The position numbers and the translations under genes were made by a program. This document shows, piece after piece, positions 18,576 through 29,400 of a stretch of 64,000 nucleotides of DNA (position 1 is the first letter of the stretch; each line of letters begins with the position of its first letter). A model generated the notes under the pieces. That model was not told the origin of the DNA. It did not search any database and worked only from the letters and a program-made list of their open reading frames with translations. This DNA is from an uncultured virus (IMG/VR IMGVR_UViG_3300029939_000002) (taxonomy: Duplodnaviria > Heunggongvirae > Uroviricota > Caudoviricetes). The DNA lies in IMG/VR virus record IMGVR_UViG_3300029939_000002. One strand, 5' to 3'.

Positions 18576-20216
18576 TTATAAAATAAGATCATCGTCGTTA
18601 TTGCTTTTAAAGATGTTGCTGTTATTATTTATAAAACTATTTCCGTTACCAATAGATCCAAAATTCTTATTCTTACGTCCTTCGTCGATAGCACCAAAAA
18701 GCTTCTGCATCTCAGAAGGACCATCATCCATACCAAGAAGAGGACGAGTATCATCACCAATACCAATACCTAATAAGGTACTCAAATTTCTACTGTTATA
18801 TCCAATCGCATCACCAGATCCAATAAGCGGAGAAATCATACCACCAAGAATAGTTGGAACTTCATAGTTTTCACGATATCGTTCATTGTCGCAAAGATAA
18901 TGAAAGTTAATATGCGTTAAACCAGCAAAACAGACACTTGCACTTAGTTCAAAATCACCACGTTGAAATTCAAGAACTTTAAAAATACCATTTGTAAGAT
19001 CACGAATAAAATATTGAAAATTACGAGCTTTAGTATCTTCATCAAGGTTGGGGACAAGATATCCAAGAGTACCCTGGGTAACTTCAAGGGCTCGTCCGCC
19101 AACATTTAATTGTTGTTTATCATAAAAGCTATTGTAAACAAAACCAACATTTGCAATCATATACTGTGTCATAACAACAGGAATGACCTGTGCCAACATA
19201 GAGCTAGCTGCATTCGAAGCACATGCAACACTTTGATCTCTTTGGTTAAATCCATTACCAACATTGAAATCAATAATTTTAGGGTCAAATCGACTAACAA
19301 AATCACCTAATGAAATACAACTATCGAGATCAAGAATGGAAGATCCAAAACTAACATCTCGTAAATTGTTTGTAAGACTATCAAAATAAGATTCTTGTAA
19401 CAAATCAGAATGCATCATCCCATTATTAGGACTACGAGCATCAATCTTAGTTTTAGCAATACCGCGAAGAATATGACCCATATTTTGAGATGGTGTTTTT
19501 AAACTAGTATTTGTAATAATAGCTTCACCTTGATTACCAAGCTTATTCATTTCAGTAATCATTGTAACAGAAGTATTATTCGTCAAATCGGTAACATTGC
19601 TTAATTCTTCAGGACGCATCAAATACGAATCGCGATCAGATAAGAACTGTAAAGTATTTCCGTGGATAATATCAGTATCATTTTGGAGACCAATAAGATC
19701 TTTATCACCATATCGTTGTGCAGTAACGCCAGTTTTATGAAGAATAATCATGACAGTATCGGGATTGATGGTACCATGCAGATTCATAGGTTCGTCACTA
19801 AATCGTCCAAAATAGATAGTTCGACTATTTGCACATTGCATCTGAATACCACTGCTATTATAAATAGGAAGATTATCAATATACATAAGAAAAGTCCAGC
19901 CAGTTTCATGACTGAACTCACTGGCTTTAACAATACGATCAGGAGACCATTGTGATTTGATGGCTCCCTGAACATTAATATCATCAGCTAATTTCAAAAC
20001 AAGATTTTCATTACATTGATGAACGGCATCGCTCATGCACTCTTGAACTTGTCCAAGAACACCACGATTAATTTCATATGTCATAGGACGTATACATTGA
20101 TCAGTAAAATTACGAGGGGAGAATATATAAATAACAACTTTCTTGTCATTATTAAATTTATTTTCAAACATGCCTTTATTATTCAATTCATAATCATTAC
20201 CAATAAAGTTAGCCAT
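18576..20216 (-). CDS. picA: PicA/Imp1-like nuclear import factor (phiKZ gp69-like)
   Basis: DQCIRP, GWTFLM..IYFG, LMRPEE and VPT..GMISPL motifs; 546 aa; lies between the gp68-like and gp70-like genes. Call rests on recalled family motifs plus synteny. Confidence 0.65.
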   Translation of the reverse strand: MANFIGNDYELNNKGMFENKFNNDKKVVIYIFSPRNFTDQCIRPMTYEINRGVLGQVQECMSDAVHQCNENLVLKLADDINVQGAIKSQWSPDRIVKASEFSHETGWTFLMYIDNLPIYNSSGIQMQCANSRTIYFGRFSDEPMNLHGTINPDTVMIILHKTGVTAQRYGDKDLIGLQNDTDIIHGNTLQFLSDRDSYLMRPEELSNVTDLTNNTSVTMITEMNKLGNQGEAIITNTSLKTPSQNMGHILRGIAKTKIDARSPNNGMMHSDLLQESYFDSLTNNLRDVSFGSSILDLDSCISLGDFVSRFDPKIIDFNVGNGFNQRDQSVACASNAASSMLAQVIPVVMTQYMIANVGFVYNSFYDKQQLNVGGRALEVTQGTLGYLVPNLDEDTKARNFQYFIRDLTNGIFKVLEFQRGDFELSASVCFAGLTHINFHYLCDNERYRENYEVPTILGGMISPLIGSGDAIGYNSRNLSTLLGIGIGDDTRPLLGMDDGPSEMQKLFGAIDEGRKNKNFGSIGNGNSFINNNSNIFKSNNDDDLIL

Positions 20217-20235
20217 GAGTTCGTCCCTCCAAGGA

Positions 20236-21375
20236 TTAGACGGTTCGAATGAAATTAGAGCTTGTCAATAACAATAAAGCTAAATCAAAATAAATACAAA
20301 ACCAATCACGTACATTCTCTTCATTATAAACTATAATTACAGCTTCGTCGTTAAACGTCATATGAATACAAATTTTTATTTTACATAATGGATTATTCAT
20401 AAAAGAACAACTAATGTTATTAGCGATATCGATATTGTGTTGTGCATACTTAAGTAATTTTTTTACAATTACTGAAAGTACATCTTTAGGACCATATGCA
20501 TTTCTAAAAGGATACTTTCTATTAAGTCTATCGATACAAATGCTATCGTGATTATCATCTACAAATACGTTACCATTAAGTAATATATAGTTATAATGCA
20601 AATCAGTATATGCCCTTTTCAAAGATATAAACATCATAAAGATATCGTCAAATTGTTTATCATTAACAATAATATTCATTTTGTTACTGATGTCGTATAA
20701 ATCAAATTTATGAAGCTCTGACATATCCAATCCATAATTAGCATTCTGTTTAAAATGATCTAATGTTAAAGGTTCTGTTAATGCAATATTACTTAATGTA
20801 TCACTTATAGGAACTTTAGGAAATATATACCAATTATAATCATCCATAATAGGTCTCTTATTACGTTTTTCTGTATATAAAAAGTTCGTTAATGCAGTCG
20901 TATCATAAAACGTCTGGCTTACAGTATTATAAAAATCTGAATATTTCATATATTGATTTTCTATCTGATATGAATTACTATCAAGTTTATTACAAAATGC
21001 TCTAAGTGGAGTATTATGTTTAAACTTTGTATTTGTTATTGATTTATGAATATTATTAATATGGTTAACAAAGATATAGTCATTTGAATGTGAACCTTCT
21101 TCAATATCATGAAAACTAACATGATACGGATAGTACATCTTATCATCTTTAAAACACAGTCTTTCAATGATAAAAGCTTTACCACATTGATATTCATACT
21201 CTATTAATTTTATAAAACTAGGATATGTTATATTTTGATCAGCTTCAATTTCTAATGGGTCTCCAACAATAGTAGGTTGATAAAATCCACTTATCATTCT
21301 CGTATAACCGAAAGAAGTGCCCGTGAGGACACTTCTATCTCGATCTAAAGAAATATAATTTATAATACTACTCAC
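20236..21375 (-). CDS. Hypothetical protein
   Basis: 379 aa, start overlaps the stop of the gp68-like gene; no recognisable motif. Confidence 0.75.
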   Translation of the reverse strand: MSSIINYISLDRDRSVLTGTSFGYTRMISGFYQPTIVGDPLEIEADQNITYPSFIKLIEYEYQCGKAFIIERLCFKDDKMYYPYHVSFHDIEEGSHSNDYIFVNHINNIHKSITNTKFKHNTPLRAFCNKLDSNSYQIENQYMKYSDFYNTVSQTFYDTTALTNFLYTEKRNKRPIMDDYNWYIFPKVPISDTLSNIALTEPLTLDHFKQNANYGLDMSELHKFDLYDISNKMNIIVNDKQFDDIFMMFISLKRAYTDLHYNYILLNGNVFVDDNHDSICIDRLNRKYPFRNAYGPKDVLSVIVKKLLKYAQHNIDIANNISCSFMNNPLCKIKICIHMTFNDEAVIIVYNEENVRDWFCIYFDLALLLLTSSNFIRTV

Positions 21376-22991
21376 TCTTCGATCTTTTCTTCAGGCATTT
21401 GAGAGTTCCTGACCTGTAAAATTATTCTACAAATATCACGAACAACTTCATCGTCATAATAAACATCTTCTCCATTTTCAATATCCTGATTGATTAATTT
21501 GAATAACATAGGAGCAGTATTATATTTGTGATCATAGAGAATAATAAAATCTTTAAGACTATTAATAACATTGACAAAAGAATTATCACCAATAGAATTA
21601 GGAAACGATGCAATACAATTTCTATACTCAATTGTTTGATTATAACTCATATTAATACGATTGCCAACCGTTGATAATGCACTATCTTTCTTATCATTCG
21701 GTGTATTACATGTTAACAAATTAACAAGGGCAGATTTTCCACTCAATGCTAAATAAATTTGAGTTACAACAATGAGTTTACAGAACGTATCTGCATTAAG
21801 ATATTGTAACCCTTTTGCACCACCGATAATAGGACCGATGATCAAACCAGCAATAGTGGTATTAAAGCTATTAACTTGTACAATGTTATTCCGATAATAG
21901 TTAACAGCATCCCTAAACATATCAAAAGAAATATTGTAGTTCTTACAAACAGCTTCAATATGACAATTAACACCATACTCAATAATGATCGGAATATCAG
22001 CAGGTATTTGCGATACCTTCGAACTATGTTCGAGGTGTGTTGTATTAGACTCTTCATCACCACCACTAGATTCTGTAAGTTCTGTTCTACTCATGACATT
22101 GTTGCCACGATTAACTGTCATACTTAAAGCAGAGAAAGAACTCTTTGTACAAGTATCGATATATTTCATAACATCAGAATCATCTTTTAATAGATCAATA
22201 TTAATGAGTTTCTTAACAAGCATAGTAGCATAAATAAACTTACGAACACGAACAGGAGAATATCCGCTGATAGAAGCTGTAAACTTACTTCTATCATTGT
22301 TATCTCGACGATTAATAATATTATCCAAATAGTTTGTAAACTTAGAATCAATAGTATCCAATTCACTAGTTCTTAATAACTTGTCTAAAATCTTAATACA
22401 ATAAATTTCTTTCATATCAGAAGAAATGAAAGATGTTGTCTTATGAATGATTTCTCCCCAAATAGGACAAATCATTTTACATAAAACAGAAATAGCAATA
22501 ACATTAACATAATCTACATATTTAAATGTTAATGAATTTGTATGGTGTGGCTCAGTCATAGCTTTATCGAGATTAGGAACAGGGATACCGGATTCTTTAA
22601 CAAATGTAATAAGCCTTGTAGGAAGACTCATATTCGAATTCTTAGAATTTGACAATTCTATTAATAGATCCCCAATAACCTCCAGGGAAACATTCATAGA
22701 TTTTTGATCATACATGTTTGTCGAAATAATCTGATTAGCTTTAATAAAGAACAATAATACTTCTCGTTGAAATTCTTCTGGTAAAGATTCGAGAAAAGCA
22801 TTCGCCGGAAGCATTAACTCATCCCAATGATTTTCTTTCTGCTTATCATAAGAGACTAATTTTTTATAAGAACCGCCTATATGAAACGTCACATCGTCGT
22901 CGGAATTATTGATATCAAAGTCATGAACAAGTTTAGCAATACCTGATTGAGGGCGGTCAGTTTCGGTAATAATCTTTATAATCTTTAACAT
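21372..22991 (-). CDS. nvRNAP promoter-specificity (sigma-like) subunit, phiKZ gp68-like
   Basis: 539 aa, mostly helical; KMICPIWGEII and SGGDEESNTTHLE motifs; syntenic; early promoter upstream. Confidence 0.75.
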   Translation of the reverse strand: MLKIIKIITETDRPQSGIAKLVHDFDINNSDDDVTFHIGGSYKKLVSYDKQKENHWDELMLPANAFLESLPEEFQREVLLFFIKANQIISTNMYDQKSMNVSLEVIGDLLIELSNSKNSNMSLPTRLITFVKESGIPVPNLDKAMTEPHHTNSLTFKYVDYVNVIAISVLCKMICPIWGEIIHKTTSFISSDMKEIYCIKILDKLLRTSELDTIDSKFTNYLDNIINRRDNNDRSKFTASISGYSPVRVRKFIYATMLVKKLINIDLLKDDSDVMKYIDTCTKSSFSALSMTVNRGNNVMSRTELTESSGGDEESNTTHLEHSSKVSQIPADIPIIIEYGVNCHIEAVCKNYNISFDMFRDAVNYYRNNIVQVNSFNTTIAGLIIGPIIGGAKGLQYLNADTFCKLIVVTQIYLALSGKSALVNLLTCNTPNDKKDSALSTVGNRINMSYNQTIEYRNCIASFPNSIGDNSFVNVINSLKDFIILYDHKYNTAPMLFKLINQDIENGEDVYYDDEVVRDICRIILQVRNSQMPEEKIEE

Positions 22992-23021
22992 ACGAAAATC
23001 CCCTTTCGATGCTTCTGTAAA

Positions 23022-23031
23022 GTAATATATA
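23022..23031 (-). promoter_or_regulatory. Early-type promoter motif TATATATTAC
   Basis: Lies about 30 nt upstream of the gp68-like ATG. Confidence 0.65.
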
Positions 23032-23054
23032 TTTTAAAACAAGAAGGAAAAATC

Positions 23055-23089
23055 ACAAGATGACCAGACTTTGAGTCTGGTCATCTTGT
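23055..23089. terminator. Hairpin, 16-bp stem
   Basis: acaagatgaccagact-ttg-agtctggtcatcttgt, downstream of the ChmC-like gene. Confidence 0.75.
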
Positions 23090-23102
23090 ATATATCAGAT
23101 CA

Positions 23103-23732
23103 TCAGCCGCCGAAGATATCTTCCTGAGGAACACTCTTCTGATAACCACCACTACCACCAGTATTATTATTGGGGCGACCGCCCTGGCCGGCGAATTCGC
23201 GCTTATAGCTGGTCAGAAGAACAGCATAAGGAATGTCGGCACCAAGCTGTTCGATGATGGTTTCGACACCGATGTTTGAACGGCCGACTTCATCCATAGG
23301 AGTTTGAAGTTCAAAGTTCAGACTGGCCCGAATGTTGAACCGCAACCGCTCAGCCTTCTGGCCATTAACAGCGATATAACAGACGTTCTTGTCATTCCGA
23401 CCGATGACAACACACCCGTTGGGCATGAATTTCTTTTCTTTGTCATCATAAATCGTGAGATTGATCGTCTCGTGGGTCTCGGGATGCTGCTCTACCAGCA
23501 GCTTACGAAACTTGCTGCGCAGAACCACCATGGCATTGCGGCTCAGATTCCACTTGAACACAGGACCGCCCTGAACATTCTTGACCATGACGGCCAAGGA
23601 TGCGTTGCCGTTATAGACGCCAATATTCAGAGAAGCATCCTTGTTATCCGATCCTCGCAGATTGACCAGGCGAGAAAAATCGTAAGGCTTCGGCTCGAAG
23701 GGCTTCTGCTCATAGCTTTTTTGGTCAGACAT
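23103..23732 (-). CDS. chmC: ChmC-like nucleic-acid-binding protein (phiKZ gp67 position)
   Basis: Directly upstream of the gp68-like gene. Beta-beta-beta-alpha pattern twice (Whirly-like), a Gly/Asn-rich tail ending EDIFGG, and GC-rich codons suggesting high expression. Confidence 0.6.
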   Translation of the reverse strand: MSDQKSYEQKPFEPKPYDFSRLVNLRGSDNKDASLNIGVYNGNASLAVMVKNVQGGPVFKWNLSRNAMVVLRSKFRKLLVEQHPETHETINLTIYDDKEKKFMPNGCVVIGRNDKNVCYIAVNGQKAERLRFNIRASLNFELQTPMDEVGRSNIGVETIIEQLGADIPYAVLLTSYKREFAGQGGRPNNNTGGSGGYQKSVPQEDIFGG

Positions 23733-23804
23733 AATCGATGGCTTTCCTTGTCAAAGGTCTTTTGGATTGTTAAAAAACTACATATCATGTATACTAAGCA
23801 TAAA

Positions 23805-24677
23805 TTATAATTTAAGAAAATCTAAATCGGTCTCTTTAATAGAGGTAGTTTCTAAAATAAACTTTTTCAATTCATAGTCTGTTCTAATAAACCAATTTTT
23901 AGTTTTGATATTTTCTAATAATTTCTTCTTATCTTTTTTTTCTAGAAGAGGTTTTAATACAGTACTGTCACCAAATACCCGATGTGTTATTGTATTAAAC
24001 GGTACTCTTACATCTTTGATAAGTTTTTTACCAAAATCTTGATATTCTAAAATATTACCTTGATGCGACTCAATGACATTGATGTTCTTATAACTCTTAT
24101 AGAGATGATAATCCATAGCAACGTGTGATAGTAATAATGTTCCTACATTACCGAATTTTTTACCGGTTATAAGAGGAAGAGCTTTGTGTGGATATACAGC
24201 ATCTTGAACATTTATTAAAAATCTTTGTATATTTTCATCTTCTGTTAAATCTACATATTTAGTTTTCTTATGAGCTTTTAACAATTCTCTATAAAGTTCA
24301 TCAAATTCTTTTTTCTGTCCAGTTTTTTCTAATCGTAAATATCTTGGAATATGTTCATAATCTGGTATGTAAAAAATGAGTCCTACTTTTCTAGTTTCTC
24401 TTGCTTGTGTATAAGCACTATAGTACGTTGTTAATTTCTCTATTTCATTATCAATTCCAAATACAAATTCGTCTAACTTCATTCCTGATCTAAAACAGTT
24501 TCTTCCTAATGTATAAACGTTTACAAAGAATAAATCCCATTCTTTTCTTCTGGCTTTATGCGCATTTTCTCTAAAGTAAAGAAGAATCTTATTAATTCCA
24601 ATACTACCACCAAGAATAAGATCTCCAGATTTAGAGGATACATCTGTATTATTAACAGCTGGAAACTGATAAGACAC
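23805..24677 (-). CDS. Conserved core protein (gp66 position), possible PIN/5'-3' exonuclease fold
   Basis: FVNVYTLGRN, LLSHVAMD and PFN....VFGD motifs; follows SbcD. Confidence 0.6.
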   Translation of the reverse strand: MSYQFPAVNNTDVSSKSGDLILGGSIGINKILLYFRENAHKARRKEWDLFFVNVYTLGRNCFRSGMKLDEFVFGIDNEIEKLTTYYSAYTQARETRKVGLIFYIPDYEHIPRYLRLEKTGQKKEFDELYRELLKAHKKTKYVDLTEDENIQRFLINVQDAVYPHKALPLITGKKFGNVGTLLLSHVAMDYHLYKSYKNINVIESHQGNILEYQDFGKKLIKDVRVPFNTITHRVFGDSTVLKPLLEKKDKKKLLENIKTKNWFIRTDYELKKFILETTSIKETDLDFLKL

Positions 24678-24689
24678 GAAATACCTCCC

Positions 24690-25871
24690 CTAAATTAATG
24701 GTTCGTCGAGACTATCAAGAATAGACTGTATCATTTCTTCGGATAATTCGATATTTGATTTTAGTTTTAATCTTTCGTGAATTAACTTTGGTAATGTATC
24801 TGGAGTTGGAATTGGTCTATCTTTATTAATCTCTTTCATTTGATGTAACTTAAATTGATTATCTTTTTCTGTTTTATCTTTTTTATAAGTAAAGATAATA
24901 TTTGTGTAGTTTTGTTTTACATATCTTGTTAATATAGTTTTTACTTCTTTTGAATTATGAATAACTCTAACAAAACCATATACAGACCTATCCTTATAAA
25001 ACTTATCCATTCTTTTATCAAAGTCAGAAATGATATCATCAAGATCAGTTATGTTCATCATATTAAATGTTATATAAGGCATAGCATTTTTATTTTCTAT
25101 AAACTTTGGAGTAAATCCATTTTCCATATCTAATATATAAAAGAATCCTTTGCGTTCTTCTTCATTATGAGCAAGTCTATCAAAAGATCCACTAAAGTAT
25201 ACATTTTCATAAACAGACACAAGATGGATGTGTCCACATAACACTGCTTTCTTAACAAAATCCTTAAACTGCTCAGCAGAAAAAGTACACTTTGGTAATG
25301 ATATATTTTCTGGAAGAGCATGTGCAAAGTTGCCATGAACTGTCACATAGTCAACATGAGATACGTTATTAATAGATAGCAAATTCTTTACTTCTTCTAT
25401 AATAGCATAACTATCCTCATATGGTAAATCGTCAGGTATATAGATAAAAGATCTATTTAAACTATTGATGTTTTCATATGTTAATTTATCTATGTATTTT
25501 AAATCGTTTGTAAACTTGTGTTTATCATACAGTAATTTAAATAATGACATTTGATTTCTATCGTGAGAATATGTACCCCTCACAACACGAACAACAATAC
25601 TTTCTTTATTACACCGATAAAGAAGATCAACTATAAAACCAAGAATGATATTTACACTAGGATTTAAATACAAAAGTGTATCTAGAAAATCACCATTGAT
25701 CAAAAGAAGTTTTGTAGTTTCTTGTTTTAATAATGGAAATAAATACATATAAAGATTATCAATGATATATTGACTCGGTGTTTTATAATGTCCTAAATGA
25801 ACATCAGTTAAATTAATAATACCAAAATCAGTTGTCGTCTGGGACTTCCCATTCTGTGCTATCTTGTTCAT
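24690..25871 (-). CDS. sbcD: Mre11/SbcD-like metallophosphoesterase nuclease
   Basis: TDVHLG, NGDFLD, GTYSHD, VHG, GHIH and GSFDRL motifs. Confidence 0.9.
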   Translation of the reverse strand: MNKIAQNGKSQTTTDFGIINLTDVHLGHYKTPSQYIIDNLYMYLFPLLKQETTKLLLINGDFLDTLLYLNPSVNIILGFIVDLLYRCNKESIVVRVVRGTYSHDRNQMSLFKLLYDKHKFTNDLKYIDKLTYENINSLNRSFIYIPDDLPYEDSYAIIEEVKNLLSINNVSHVDYVTVHGNFAHALPENISLPKCTFSAEQFKDFVKKAVLCGHIHLVSVYENVYFSGSFDRLAHNEEERKGFFYILDMENGFTPKFIENKNAMPYITFNMMNITDLDDIISDFDKRMDKFYKDRSVYGFVRVIHNSKEVKTILTRYVKQNYTNIIFTYKKDKTEKDNQFKLHQMKEINKDRPIPTPDTLPKLIHERLKLKSNIELSEEMIQSILDSLDEPLI

Positions 25872-26439
25872 TGATTTTTGTTTCTTCTATCTCTTTAGGA
25901 GGACCATTCTGAATAAAATCTCTAATAGACTTAATACAGTCCATAAATTCTTTCTGTGCTTCTTCAATCTCTATACCATCTACATTAAATTTTTTATCTA
26001 AAACTCTATATAAAACACCCCAAGCGGCACTTGAGTCTCTAGGAATCTGACTTGATGTTTTATTAACATATGCATTTAAACCAATTCTATCATTTCTACT
26101 TCTTTCGGCAGTATCTTTAGGGCGTCTAAATAATCTTGGTAATCTGAAAAGAACAAGATTGGGATCATTGTTATCAACAACATAAATCATTTCAAAGAAA
26201 TCTATTTTACGATCCATAAATTCTTCCACTAATTTTTTATATTTTTCATCTTCTCTATTACTATTGTTAGAATAAAAAATAGGCATAAACTTTTTAAACT
26301 GCATTAATGTAAAAGTATTATTCTTTTTTGAAATATCATCAAGGGTTTTTAAAGCAGTCTTACAAAAACTATTAATTTCATCTACAGCACTATGTCCACC
26401 GAGTTTCGCTAATAAATCTCTTGTAAAATCAAATGACAT
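25828..26439 (-). CDS. Conserved hypothetical protein of the core block
   Basis: 203 aa with GGAG RBS; VLFRLPRLF motif; syntenic. Confidence 0.7.
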   Translation of the reverse strand: MSFDFTRDLLAKLGGHSAVDEINSFCKTALKTLDDISKKNNTFTLMQFKKFMPIFYSNNSNREDEKYKKLVEEFMDRKIDFFEMIYVVDNNDPNLVLFRLPRLFRRPKDTAERSRNDRIGLNAYVNKTSSQIPRDSSAAWGVLYRVLDKKFNVDGIEIEEAQKEFMDCIKSIRDFIQNGPPKEIEETKINEQDSTEWEVPDDN

Positions 26440-26451
26440 TTTAGTTCTCCC

Positions 26452-26844
26452 TTATGTGAATGACATGGTTATTTGATTATTGGTTATATTAACATTAGAA
26501 GTTAAACTATTCCATTGTCCATCTTCGATCCACATTATTTCAATAGTAATATCATAAAATCCAACTTTACTTGATGCATTATAAGTAACTTCAACTGTAT
26601 AGTTATTTTCTCCAAATAATCTTGCCATAACATTCATTAGTTGTTTTTTAGTATTTGCTACATACTGATCAGGAGTATTTTCATATCGAGTTAATAAGTC
26701 ATGATTACTAATTAATAGATCTGGAAATAAGTCAGAAATACCCGCCTTCATACTAAAAAAATAATTCAACATATATGTTACTTTATCGGTACCGGTTTTT
26801 AATAAACCAGTTGGTCCTAATGTTGGAATGACAATTGTTGCCAT
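26452..26844 (-). CDS. Conserved hypothetical protein (possible gp25-like fold)
   Basis: 130 aa; IPTLG N-terminus followed by a helix-helix-three-strand pattern. Confidence 0.65.
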   Translation of the reverse strand: MATIVIPTLGPTGLLKTGTDKVTYMLNYFFSMKAGISDLFPDLLISNHDLLTRYENTPDQYVANTKKQLMNVMARLFGENNYTVEVTYNASSKVGFYDITIEIMWIEDGQWNSLTSNVNITNNQITMSFT

Positions 26845-26904
26845 TTTCTACATCCTTGTAGTTTATAATGAGGATGGATTTTCACCCATCCCCATCATAA
26901 AATT

Positions 26905-27516
26905 TTATCCTAAATCACAATCTGGATTTGTAGGATCTAACTTCATTACTCTAATAACAGTATCAACAAAATCACGAGTTCGTTCAATGGCATCTAATTC
27001 ACTTCTTGTTAATACAGGATCGTCACTATACCAAACATTTTTAAATGTAACAATTCCATTTTCATCCATGGCTTCCATAACATCATCAACTCTACCATTA
27101 TTAATTAATCTTCCATAAACATCTTCTTCATCAATATGTTCTGGATCAAATCCAAATCCACTAATTCTTCCTTGTTTTAATAGATTCAATACTGGCGCAT
27201 ATGTAATAATAGGATGGAACATAATAGAAGGTGTATCTCTAAGATCATCTAATGTTTCTAACGGTTTGATATTATTTTCTTGTACATCGATAGTAGTCAT
27301 GGCCTCATTGAACTTAACTTCAGACATACGAATATCACGAATGACTGTATCAACAAAGGATTTACGAATACTTGTAAAATCGTCTTGAATATTTCCAAAG
27401 AAGTTATTACTTTGAAATGAGTTATTGATCTTGTTAACAATGGCATCGTTTCCGCCACCACCTAAAAGATTACCAGCAAGAGGAAATGCACCTAACTGTG
27501 TCATAGTAAATGACAT
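26905..27516 (-). CDS. Conserved core protein following beta'-N (phiKZ gp59/Imp3 position)
   Basis: IKPLETL, GRISGF, YGRLINNG and terminal DPT motifs; call rests mainly on synteny. Confidence 0.55.
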   Translation of the reverse strand: MSFTMTQLGAFPLAGNLLGGGGNDAIVNKINNSFQSNNFFGNIQDDFTSIRKSFVDTVIRDIRMSEVKFNEAMTTIDVQENNIKPLETLDDLRDTPSIMFHPIITYAPVLNLLKQGRISGFGFDPEHIDEEDVYGRLINNGRVDDVMEAMDENGIVTFKNVWYSDDPVLTRSELDAIERTRDFVDTVIRVMKLDPTNPDCDLG

Positions 27517-27528
27517 ATGGTTATACTC

Positions 27529-27708
27529 CTAATCAGAAGACAAGAATGCACTTAATGTAGACAGAACAGGATATGTCAAAGATACGCCAGATGCAATACC
27601 AAATGATTTTGTATTATGAATACGATTTGCTGGATGCAGAACACTGAACTTACGAGCAGCTTCATTTTCAAAGATAGGATTACCAGTCATCTCATCTCCG
27701 TCAAAGTC
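27529..27708 (-). CDS. nvRNAP beta' N-half, exon 2 (59 aa)
   Basis: Begins GAC TTT GAC GGA GAT (DFDGD, catalytic aspartates) directly after a G. Confidence 0.88.
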   Translation of the reverse strand, partial: DFDGDEMTGNPIFENEAARKFSVLHPANRIHNTKSFGIASGVSLTYPVLSTLSAFLSSD

Positions 27709-28094
27709 CGTTGTGTCCAGATATGTCGTTGAAGTTATCTCTCTCATATCCCGGTATGTTCTACCCGCCACATATCTTTATGTGGACCAGATCATATCTT
27801 TACCCTGTCCAATTGGAGTAGGGTATCTCCTATTTCTTTCCCACTTGGGAGTCTACTGGGTGATAAACCCATGATCGTTGAACGTTCTTCATAGCACATC
27901 ATCCGATGTTCCGTAGAAGCTTCGCTGCGGACTTTCTCTATCATCATAGTTTTTACCATACCCAATTGATTAGATTGGCCACATCCTGTATATCTCATTT
28001 CTGAGGGATGTTTGGTATATGATGCTTAACGAGGTTTTCCCGCAATTAAGGAGAATTCTATCTTGAAATTACTTTCAAGTAGGCCAATTAACTT
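27709..28094 (-). ncRNA. Group I intron, ~386 nt, no homing endonuclease
   Basis: Minus strand shows P-like AATTGCGGGAAA, Q-like GTCCGCAGC, R-like GTTCAACGATCA, S-like AAGATATGATCT, and a terminal G. Removal restores NA|DFDGD in frame. Confidence 0.85.
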
Positions 28095-29372
28095 TGCATT
28101 CGGGTCCTTCGTAACATGACTAACAGGAACACCAATATTAATAGTATTATCATGTATGTTTGTTTTAAATTTAGTAATATACAAGAATTGAACACCGCCA
28201 CGTTTTAAACAAGGGTGTCTACAAAATGTCGTTGGTAATCCTTCAAATGGACTATCGTTAATAAGTTTAATAAATATATCATTGATATCTTTATCAAATT
28301 CAACCAAGGCGATACGTTGTCTAAGAACAGCATCTCCAGGAGCCATTTTGTAATCATCAATTAATCTACCAATAATGTGATCTTTATAAGTATTAACACC
28401 CATAGACCATGGCAAGTACAAATGATCATATTTATCTTCATGTGGACAAATAACACCTCTAAAAGAAAAGTGTGTTCTAGTCCCTAAAATCTGACCTCTG
28501 AAAATAGATCTTTTTGCACCAATACGATCACTAATGATTTCATCGATATAACTGATATAAGATGAATAAACATCATAAATAGTTTTCAATAATGTTTTTA
28601 CTCGAACTGTTTCTCTATCTGAAATACATTGTAAATCAGTAGCAGCATTAAGGATAAGTTTAGATCCAGAATCAACAAATTGACGACCACCATGTGTTCC
28701 ATCGTTTGTAACAGAATGAACAACACTAGACAAAATAGGAAGCTTATTTGTAAAGACCAAATCTCTATTCTTTGCAATAACTTCTAAAATATCTTTCGTA
28801 ATTGGTTTCTTACTTGTAACACTATTGATACGTGCAAAGTAATCTATGATCTTATCAAAATTTTCATAGAAATAAACATAACCTTGTCCATCAATATGCA
28901 TTTCTAATTCAGGAGGTAATTGTGCATTAGGGTTTAAAATTGCTTCTAGGTACCCACTCTTTAACCAAGAATTTGTAAGAAGCTTATAAAACATAGGATG
29001 AAGTACTTTGATACCATGTGGAATAGATAACCAAGTTTTATGTTGAATTTTGTTATAAGCAGCGAAATCGTCAATAACTTCACTGTGACAAATATTACAA
29101 ATTTGTCCTTTATAATAATTACCAAAATAATGCCCACATTCACAAGATGCAATAAAACTCAAATCACCACTTCTTGAGAATAACATACGATTACGCTGTT
29201 GTGCATAATCTTTATTTCCTAAAGGAATTTCATTTAAACAAATAGCTTCTTTTGATCCAGCATATAATTCTTCTAAGTTACAAAAACCAACATGTCTAAC
29301 GATCTCTTTAGTAGACGTAGATGTAGATTCTAAATTTAAAATAGCATCAGGATTGAGTTTGTTAATATGCAT
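28095..29372 (-). CDS. nvRNAP beta' N-half, exon 1 (phiKZ gp55-like); spliced product ~485 aa
   Basis: SCECG..CNIC zinc site, RTHFSFRGVI, CRHPCL, and ends KDPNA. Start at the ATG at 29372 after AGAGGGG. Confidence 0.9.
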
Positions 29373-29400
29373 TTGATCCCCTCTGTATGTATGCAAAAAT

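Noticed and set aside
27529..27771. Standalone 80-aa gene
   Set aside because: Its first 21 codons are intron sequence; the rest is exon 2 of beta'.
27792..27998. 68-aa ORF as an intron-encoded homing endonuclease
   Set aside because: Too short, has no HNH, GIY-YIG or LAGLIDADG motif, and overlaps the ribozyme core.
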